The notes beneath the pieces were generated by a model. It ran no database searches. It was not told the origin of the DNA and saw only the letters and a list, made by a program, of their open reading frames with translations. A DNA stretch of 64,000 bases from a virus. The stretch lies in IMG/VR virus record IMGVR_UViG_3300045957_000047, positions 10,199 to 74,198 of that record, one strand, 5' to 3'. Numbering within the stretch: the first letter of the stretch is position 1; each line of letters starts with the position of its first letter. Positions 57,701 through 64,000 of this stretch are shown piece after piece. The position numbers and the translations under genes were made by a program.

Positions 57701-59077
57701 ATGGCTGCCAAATGTTGTTCTATCCCTCCGTTCCAAATCGATGCCTGTGACAATAATCGGTCCCTCATAGGGCAAACAGGTCTCAGTTTTTTTGCTCAAG
57801 CTTTCAACGTCAAAAATGCTCCTGTCTCTTGGTCAATAGACGGTTTTGATGGCGATATTCAAAACGTCACTATTGACAGCGTGACGGGTGAAATTACTTA
57901 CGACGCCCCAGATAGCATCACCAATAATGGTCTGGGTCAAATCACTGTCACTGCGACAGATGTCAAAGATAATCGTGTCAGTGCAATCATCTGCACAAAA
58001 TCTGCTGATCCAGTAAACAGAATCATCCTCGCCTGTAATGCGGACTTAGCCAATAACCTACCGACTCTTCAAAGCAAACTCGTGTTCGATGGGCGTGTTA
58101 CAGAAACGAGCGTGTTCACAGATCTTGCAAAAACAACTCAAGCCAACGACGGAGATACTGTTGAGGTCTGGGAAGACGGTACAGGTAATGGCGATGTCAC
58201 CCTACGTATTGACGATGAAGGCCCTACTTTTATGCAGGGTGGTGCTCCTAACGGACACAACTCTTTAAACTTCTCTGGTTCCAACCAGTCCCTTCAGTAT
58301 GATGTACCAGGTGCTCCAGCTCCCGGCTCGCCGTTTAAACTTTTTTTCTTGGTCAGGATTGACCCAAGCGCTAACGACAGCAATGCTACGGTTGTGTCGT
58401 CCACATTCCAAGCCTCCAATAACAGTACAGCGAACAACAGCTGGCAAGTCTCCAGAGACGGTAGCACTCAAGACTTTGTTTTTCGAATCGCCTCTTCTGG
58501 ATCAACTATTATTTCTGGCTCAAATACAAACGGTCAGACTTCAGGAGTCTCCAATGATTCAGATTTTATCTTAGCTCCGTGGAGTATAGCCAAGAACGGT
58601 AACTGGCATCTGGTCTACATCAACTACGACGGCAGTATTGTCCAAGGGTATTTTGACGGAGCGTTATCTTTCGAGATTGATACCACTCCGAGTGGTCAGC
58701 AATTGGCAGCAGAGCACTTCAAGTTTGGAGAGAACCGGGCAGGTGGTAATTACTTGGCCATGGACTTGGCAGAATTGACCTTTGCCAACGCAGCTGTTGA
58801 CGACACGGAGGCCACACAGATTCAGGCTTACTACTTGTGCAAGTTTGGACTGGACGCTTCTCTACTCTCTGACCCTGGTCCCTTTGCTGTTAATGAGAAA
58901 GCCTTCTTTAGCCAGGTTTCGCAATTTGAACTGCAGGTCTACAGCGATGGTAGATCCCTGGTCTACGATTTAATGAACGCGGTCTACTACGACAAGTCTG
59001 ATGTTCCTGCTCCAGACTTGGGACTGTTCCGAGACCCCGCAACCGCCTGTCTGATTGAACAGATTGCTAATGTCTGA
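57701..59077 (+). CDS. Ig/cadherin-like plus LamG (concanavalin A-like) protein
   Basis: IDSVTGEITY...ITVTATD; NWHLVYINYDG...YFDG; GGAG RBS before the ATG at 57701. Confidence 0.8.
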   Translation: MAAKCCSIPPFQIDACDNNRSLIGQTGLSFFAQAFNVKNAPVSWSIDGFDGDIQNVTIDSVTGEITYDAPDSITNNGLGQITVTATDVKDNRVSAIICTKSADPVNRIILACNADLANNLPTLQSKLVFDGRVTETSVFTDLAKTTQANDGDTVEVWEDGTGNGDVTLRIDDEGPTFMQGGAPNGHNSLNFSGSNQSLQYDVPGAPAPGSPFKLFFLVRIDPSANDSNATVVSSTFQASNNSTANNSWQVSRDGSTQDFVFRIASSGSTIISGSNTNGQTSGVSNDSDFILAPWSIAKNGNWHLVYINYDGSIVQGYFDGALSFEIDTTPSGQQLAAEHFKFGENRAGGNYLAMDLAELTFANAAVDDTEATQIQAYYLCKFGLDASLLSDPGPFAVNEKAFFSQVSQFELQVYSDGRSLVYDLMNAVYYDKSDVPAPDLGLFRDPATACLIEQIANV

Positions 59078-59141
59078 TTGAATGTGATACACTCAAGCTG
59101 TAGTCTCTATTATTGAACTACTCCTCCAAGTGGTGATACTC

Positions 59142-59176
59142 CCCTCAGTTGTCTGTATGAAGCTGAGGGATTTTTT
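59142..59176 (+). terminator. Rho-independent terminator of the plus-strand cassette
   Basis: ccctcagtt / agctgaggg stem followed by ATTTTTT. Confidence 0.75.
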
Positions 59177-59182
59177 CAAGGG

Positions 59183-59254
59183 AGGCGCTGGAGAGAATCG
59201 AACCCTCTTACAATGGATTTGCAATCCATCCCCTGACCATTCGGGATCAGCGCC
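59183..59254 (-). tRNA. tRNA-Cys (GCA)
   Basis: GGCGCTG/CAGCGCC acceptor, ATGGA-TTGCAAA-TCCAT anticodon arm, GAGGG-TTCGATT-CTCTC T arm, U73; CCA not fully encoded. Confidence 0.9.
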
Positions 59255-59681
59255 GTATAATCTGACGTACCGCGATGGACGTTCTGTTAGCAAACCACCA
59301 GCTGAACGACATGTTAAACGGTGCCAAGAAGGTCTCAGGCTTCCAGAAGCACCCTAAAAGACACAGCGTTGTCAGACCTGGGCGGACCAGCCTTAAGATA
59401 TTGTTCACCCACTGAGACGTTTCTCCTACGTTAGCGTCATGCTCGTAGCTGGCATTGAGTTGATCTGTCAGTTGCTGAGCTTGGTGTACGACTAAACCCA
59501 ATTTCATCCTCTGGTCTTCTCGATCAGACTGCAACTCGTGCATCCTTTCGATGTGTTTCCACTCTAACCTTTTCTGCTCGTTCTCTTGCTTGGTACCCAA
59601 GTAATCCTGCAAAATGCCTGCCACAGCCCCTAAAGCAGAACTGATAGGAGATCCTGTAATAATATCTAAAATGGCCGACAT
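59247..59681 (-). CDS. putative holin (3TM-like)
   Basis: Hydrophobic N-terminus, WV..LRLVRP.LT and WWF..R motifs; next to the endolysin. Confidence 0.65.
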   Translation of the reverse strand: MSAILDIITGSPISSALGAVAGILQDYLGTKQENEQKRLEWKHIERMHELQSDREDQRMKLGLVVHQAQQLTDQLNASYEHDANVGETSQWVNNILRLVRPGLTTLCLLGCFWKPETFLAPFNMSFSWWFANRTSIAVRQIIRR

Positions 59682-59700
59682 TCGTTTACCTTGCTTGCGC

Positions 59701-60171
59701 TTATGCTAATTTCACATCAATATCTTGGCTAACCTGAGCATACCATTGTTTGTCATTCTGGTTGCCAAACCAGAAACGCACAGGCCCTCGATCAACATGA
59801 ATGAAATTGCGAGAAGGGTACAAACCAATGCCTGTAAAACCTGCCGCTTTGGCAGCTGTAACCACAGTCAGATAGTCTTTACCATAAGTACTGAGGTCAA
59901 AGGCGATATGGACCTTGTGTTGTGAATTGGGCTCACCACCTACATACGCATTGTGTAACGGCGAGCGGTATCCGCTGATCACCACTAAAGGCCCTACTAC
60001 ATCTCTGAGTCTCTGGAGACACACCAAAGAGGCGATATCGATCCGTATGGCTCCTGTGTCGGGCGAGGCCAGTTTTTTATCTGAACGTGGGTGAAAGTTA
60101 GGAGTTAGATCCCAAATCCACTCAGGCACTTGTGACCAGTGCTTATATAGACCTTCTACATTGGATCTCAT
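59701..60171 (-). CDS. endolysin, peptidase M15 family
   Basis: SGYRSPLHN..VGG..NSQH....AFD, FIHVD. Confidence 0.9.
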   Translation of the reverse strand: MRSNVEGLYKHWSQVPEWIWDLTPNFHPRSDKKLASPDTGAIRIDIASLVCLQRLRDVVGPLVVISGYRSPLHNAYVGGEPNSQHKVHIAFDLSTYGKDYLTVVTAAKAAGFTGIGLYPSRNFIHVDRGPVRFWFGNQNDKQWYAQVSQDIDVKLA

Positions 60172-60174
60172 CGT

Positions 60175-60441
60175 TCAAAAAGCTTCACTCAGACAACGTG
60201 TTTCATGAATATGGTCCAAGAACAGATTGACCTGGTCCTGATTCATGCCAAAACAATGCCTGTCATAGAAACACAGAATAGGCATCCAACCTTGAAAGTC
60301 AGGGTCTGGTACAAAACTGACTTCTTCTGCCGGGATTCGAGAAACAGCTTTTTCACCATTACTATTGATGAAACTGGTTATCAGAAGTGCGATGGCAAAT
60401 ATAAACAAACATACGACAGTGGTTTTATTTTCTATGTCCAT
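60175..60441 (-). CDS. small membrane-anchored protein
   Basis: N-terminal TM segment. Confidence 0.7.
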   Translation of the reverse strand: MDIENKTTVVCLFIFAIALLITSFINSNGEKAVSRIPAEEVSFVPDPDFQGWMPILCFYDRHCFGMNQDQVNLFLDHIHETRCLSEAF

Positions 60442-60444
60442 ACA

Positions 60445-62079
60445 TTAGACCCAGAGGATTTCCTCTTCTTGATAATTCGTTTGTTGCTTGTCATAAGGAT
60501 CAGTAGCTTGCCAGCTGTTATTACTACCTGTTTCAAATCCTCCCAGTACCAGTTGACAAATAGCCTGCAAACAATCCTGAGGCGCTGTTACGTGCTTCGT
60601 TTTGTCCACACTCCGTAGCGATTCACCCGCCTTGTTTGTTCTAAAAACATACCCGCCTTCCAACCCCTCTAAAAGGTCCACACAATTTTCATCAATCTCC
60701 AGGCCTCCGTGCAAATTCAAAAAGTGATCGACTGCAGACCACCTGTCTTCTGGATCGTTAGACAAATATTTCTCTGTCTCATAGCCTGCATCTTCAAAAA
60801 GCATGAAAGGCCCTTCGCCTGAGTTTGTCTGGTACCGACCTGATGGGTCTCCAGTGACAATAATATCGTAAGACCTGTACTCTACTCGTATATGCGGCAG
60901 CACCAGATTACGCACAAACTCGTAGGCCGGTATGCCGTTGCCTGATAACTCCTCTACGACTCTGACCCCCTCAGCGTACTGAGCAAACAGGCAATGACCT
61001 TTATTGCCCCAGTCCAGGGAGACAATCAGACGCAAGTTTCTGCTCAATTGAATCTCTGGAACGCAGTGAATTGCCGGATTATAGGACAAATGAACCAGTC
61101 TACCGCTACTTCCGGTGGTATATTCACCGAGTACATCTCGCCGGATTTTGTCTGGATCATGCCGGGAAGAGTCAATAATGTCTCCCCAATGCTTTAATCC
61201 CTTGGCCGCATAGATCCCTTCTCGGTCAGGATTAGGCCTAAATGAGGCTTTGAAAAAATTATTGGGGTCTTTTTTATCCGGTGTGATTAGATAAGGAGGC
61301 TGCATCCGATACAGCTTACGACCGTACTTCTCGTTTTGCTTGCTAAAAAATTTCTCAGTAAAGCATTTCTTCTTCGGAGGGTTATACGCCAAGTTAATTT
61401 GAGAGCAGGTAATCGGTGCTATCTCTGCTGCCGGGTACCGGCCTACTCGGGTTGGCATCTTGGGTAGCACTTCGTGAATATTGCTCATTGAGTCTGGCTC
61501 ATCAAAGTTCACGCAGGTGTACTCTGTTCCAAGCAACATCGCTTCCCACTCTGTATTGTCAAGTGGAACAAAATCGACTATGGCATTGACAAAGGTACCC
61601 TGGGGGAACATGTCTCCGATTCTCTGGCCGGAGACATTGATGGCATCGTCAAAGAACTCTTCCTTGTCCGTGTCATACCCACCGAGCATGTACGGGTGAA
61701 CCTTGCCGTTGACAGTACAGGTTTCAGGGAAGTTTTGATTCTGATCGTTTAGAGGCAGCATTCTGATCGTCCCACCAATGGGTGAAGACTTTCGTATGGT
61801 CAACACATCACTGTGTACCCGTTGCTCGAATGTTCTTACAACCCCTCGTAGAAGATCTCCGGCGGAACCTCGAACAAAAAGATGAGAGCTGTGTCTCACA
61901 CCATTTTTGTCCGGGTGCTGCAGTGCCGCGATGTGCATAGTTTTCATGACCATGCACGTCGTCTTGCCCGAGTTTACATGACTCATAATGGCACAGATCG
62001 GCGTAGTCCGATCATAGAAATAGTGCAGCAGAGTGGGGCTGTTGGATATGTTGTACGGTCTTGAGAGGAGCCTGTTCAT
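60445..62079 (-). CDS. terL: terminase large subunit
   Basis: VNSGKT Walker A, GTEYTCVNFDE Walker B, RVGRYP, YNPP, LDWG, GDPSG, QDCLQ. Confidence 0.9.
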   Translation of the reverse strand: MNRLLSRPYNISNSPTLLHYFYDRTTPICAIMSHVNSGKTTCMVMKTMHIAALQHPDKNGVRHSSHLFVRGSAGDLLRGVVRTFEQRVHSDVLTIRKSSPIGGTIRMLPLNDQNQNFPETCTVNGKVHPYMLGGYDTDKEEFFDDAINVSGQRIGDMFPQGTFVNAIVDFVPLDNTEWEAMLLGTEYTCVNFDEPDSMSNIHEVLPKMPTRVGRYPAAEIAPITCSQINLAYNPPKKKCFTEKFFSKQNEKYGRKLYRMQPPYLITPDKKDPNNFFKASFRPNPDREGIYAAKGLKHWGDIIDSSRHDPDKIRRDVLGEYTTGSSGRLVHLSYNPAIHCVPEIQLSRNLRLIVSLDWGNKGHCLFAQYAEGVRVVEELSGNGIPAYEFVRNLVLPHIRVEYRSYDIIVTGDPSGRYQTNSGEGPFMLFEDAGYETEKYLSNDPEDRWSAVDHFLNLHGGLEIDENCVDLLEGLEGGYVFRTNKAGESLRSVDKTKHVTAPQDCLQAICQLVLGGFETGSNNSWQATDPYDKQQTNYQEEEILWV

Positions 62080-62082
62080 CGG

Positions 62083-62427
62083 TTACTCGTTGGGTAATTC
62101 TGGATCTTTGCAATTATGAATCACCATGAGAGAACCGTCCTCAAGATTATCGTAATCAGGATCACAAGAACAATCTGACACAAACATACAATCTGGCTCG
62201 TAAAACAGAAAAGTATCATGCCTAAAGCTATCGTGCTCCGGGATGACATGAGTGACTTCGTAGAAGGGTGGTATTCCTTCATCCTCCGATAACTGCTCCG
62301 GGTAGTAAAACCACCCAGCTTTACTACTTCCATTAGCCGACATAGGCCAGTGGTCTGTTAAGTGAATACCGTGTATCTGTGGTGTATCTTGTATCCAATG
62401 AAAAGGGACTGAAGTGATTGTCCTCAC
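62083..62427 (-). CDS. hypothetical protein
   Basis: HVIP..D...H...CSCDP...VIHN metal-binding-like pattern. Confidence 0.65.
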   Translation of the reverse strand: MRTITSVPFHWIQDTPQIHGIHLTDHWPMSANGSSKAGWFYYPEQLSEDEGIPPFYEVTHVIPEHDSFRHDTFLFYEPDCMFVSDCSCDPDYDNLEDGSLMVIHNCKDPELPNE

Positions 62428-62429
62428 AT

Positions 62430-62501
62430 TTATCGGTTCTCAGATTGTTCTTTGACAAACGCAAACACAACCGCTACGACTACGATCAAAATAAAACTCA
62501 T
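62430..62501 (-). CDS. single-TM micropeptide (23 aa)
   Basis: MSFILIVVVAVVFAFVKEQSENR; GGGAGG RBS, ATGA coupling. Confidence 0.55.
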   Translation of the reverse strand: MSFILIVVVAVVFAFVKEQSENR

Positions 62502-62575
62502 TGACTGCCCTCCCGAATAATCTTGTAAAAAACCCAGCCTATGATCAGGGCCACTACGATGAACATTAAAGTCAT
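62498..62575 (-). CDS. single-TM micropeptide (25 aa)
   Basis: MTLMFIVVALIIGWVFYKIIREGSQ; GAGG RBS, TGATG coupling. Confidence 0.55.
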   Translation of the reverse strand: MTLMFIVVALIIGWVFYKIIREGSQ

Positions 62576-63375
62576 CAGTCATCATCCTCAAAAAAAGTGA
62601 ACTCGCCATCAACAATGCCTGGCAAGTTTTTGATTCCTACACTTTCTTCCTGCTCCTGAAATCTATGCGGCTTAAGCGCAGGCAAATCATCCGGGTCATG
62701 GTGGACAATCTGTAGAAAGGCCGTAGGTGCTGAACCTGCGGAAGTCATTGACTCTCCTTCGTACATGTTGTTAATTTGAACAGCAGTACGTGGAGCAGGG
62801 GCTGGCTTCTTCTCGACATACTTATCACTATTGTAAACTCTGGCAAGCTTCAGATTGAAGTCTGCAATGGCTTTAGCTTGCGAGATCTCCTCAGACTCTT
62901 GGGCCGCATGGAGTTTATTCTGGGCCTCGGAGATTAGACTGTCGGCTGCCAAAGCCTGAGCACGAAATCGTTGCTCGTCGGAGGCGGCAAGATCGAAGTA
63001 CTCGTGGAAAGTGTCGTAACTGACGCCAATTATTTTTGCAATGTCTACCGGCGATATCCCTTGAGAGACCAGTGACAAATAAAATTCCACTGGATACTTG
63101 GCTAATTGGTCAAACTGTTTAGACCTATCCAAGACATAGTCAGAGAGCAAGGCACCCACCCGCTTTGAAGCAAAACTGTGCTCAACCTCGTAAACCAGTT
63201 TCTCCAGGGCAGAACGTTGACTGAAATTATCAGGCAGTCGATCTCGTGCTGCCGCCATCTCTCCTTCAAACGTCGATATGGGTCGGAACAATTCAGCACA
63301 AGAATCGATCTCTCGAAGTTTTGTGGGGTTGAGTTTTTTCAACCCCTTGGCAATATCAGGAAGCTTCCGGCTCAT
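62575..63375 (-). CDS. putative terminase small subunit
   Basis: HTH (GISPVDIAKIIGVSYDTF), helical middle, KY.EK..VQIN tail; upstream of terL. Confidence 0.7.
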   Translation of the reverse strand: MSRKLPDIAKGLKKLNPTKLREIDSCAELFRPISTFEGEMAAARDRLPDNFSQRSALEKLVYEVEHSFASKRVGALLSDYVLDRSKQFDQLAKYPVEFYLSLVSQGISPVDIAKIIGVSYDTFHEYFDLAASDEQRFRAQALAADSLISEAQNKLHAAQESEEISQAKAIADFNLKLARVYNSDKYVEKKPAPAPRTAVQINNMYEGESMTSAGSAPTAFLQIVHHDPDDLPALKPHRFQEQEESVGIKNLPGIVDGEFTFFEDDD

Positions 63376-63712
63376 CTTCGAGTAACTCGTTTAGTTCTTC
63401 GAACTTCATTTGCTTTGATTGACCTTCTTCTACTTGCGTATCTGGTTGTGGTTTAGATTCCATGAAATCAATCTCTGTTTCTGACCCATAGATCTGTTGA
63501 TGGTGCCTGTCTGTGTTGGTCAGTGCTTCTACATACCTGGCTGTCACTGTGGCCAGGTCATCGTCTTGGTGCAGTCTGACCGCAATGGGATTGGGTCTGT
63601 CTCGCATGTAGATGTTCAACATAGTCGGGCTTTGCAAATGAATGCAGTCTATTGTTAAAGCAGAGGCTGTGAAGTTCTCCAGTCGGAAAAGCGTGTCGAG
63701 TACCGTAGTCAT
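63356..63712 (-). CDS. hypothetical protein
   Basis: 118 aa, first gene after the tandem promoters. Confidence 0.7.
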   Translation of the reverse strand: MTTVLDTLFRLENFTASALTIDCIHLQSPTMLNIYMRDRPNPIAVRLHQDDDLATVTARYVEALTNTDRHHQQIYGSETEIDFMESKPQPDTQVEEGQSKQMKFEELNELLEDEPEAS

Positions 63713-63735
63713 ATAAGCATTTCATTGTCTGAGGT

Positions 63736-63817
63736 TGTCAAGAGTATGCCTCTTGTGTAGAACTTTGTCAACGCTGTATTTTTGTTATGATTGTATAATG
63801 TTCTACGAAAATGTCAA
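63736..63817 (-). promoter_or_regulatory. tandem sigma70-type promoters for the packaging operon
   Basis: TTGACA(63817)-16-TACAAT; TTGACA(63771)-17-CATACT; a third TTGACA at 63741. Confidence 0.7.
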
Positions 63818-63843
63818 GACGGTTTGTACTGGCAGTATGAAGA

Positions 63844-64000
63844 GAGCTGGGATTTTTTGAGCTGGGATTTTTTGAGCTGGGATTTTTTGAGCTGGGATTT
63901 TTTGAGCTGGGATTTTTTGAGCTGGGATTTTTTGAGCTGGGATTTTTTGAGCTGGGATTTTTTGAGCTGGGATTTTTTGAGCTGGGATTTTTTGAGCTGG
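63844..64000. repeat. perfect 15-bp tandem array running off the window edge
   Basis: GAGCTGGGATTTTTT x10 plus a partial unit. Confidence 0.97.

Noticed and set aside
50626-59077. Diversity-generating retroelement or invertase-driven fibre switching
   Set aside because: No reverse transcriptase, no TR/VR pair differing at adenines, no recombinase, and no terminal inverted repeats that I could find
59093-59357. ORFs 59093-59293 and 59130-59357
   Set aside because: They overlap the tRNA and terminator, which explain the sequence better
61590-61770. Intein in the terminase
   Set aside because: The insert is too short and lacks the N-terminal C/S and C-terminal HN splice motifs
63844-64000. 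CRISPR array
   Set aside because: The units are contiguous with no spacers; the Cas4-like gene is an ordinary phage exonuclease in the replication module

Overview
This window is most of the genome of a tailed dsDNA bacteriophage with a podovirus-like layout (no tape-measure or sheath genes seen), probably marine; both window ends fall inside the genome. Plus strand 1-15266: early and replication genes (small hypotheticals, family A DNA polymerase, three paralogous lipoproteins, Cas4-like exonuclease, VRR-NUC nuclease, SNF2 helicase, SSB-like protein, primase-helicase). Minus strand 63712 down to 15246: terminase subunits, M15 endolysin and holin, tRNA-Cys, portal, an accessory virion block, scaffold, major capsid, adaptors, tail and giant internal proteins. 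An 8.5 kb plus-strand cassette of fibre and depolymerase genes (50626-59077) interrupts the late region. The strongest candidate for a new system is an extracellular-matrix-like late module: three Cys-containing collagens (one with a (HG)n tract), a GH16 glycanase, a matrixin protease with an apparent cysteine switch and a vanadium-haloperoxidase-like enzyme. It sits in a phage whose outer virion proteins are very Cys-rich, whose scaffold and three internal proteins lack Cys, and whose only tRNA here is tRNA-Cys. Other notable signals: a 140-nt element with long mutually crossing helices (786-925), a stand-alone BrxR/CapW-like wHTH, two terminase-ATPase-like fragments, and a 15-bp tandem array at the right edge. 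All family assignments come from motifs recognised by eye; no searches were run.
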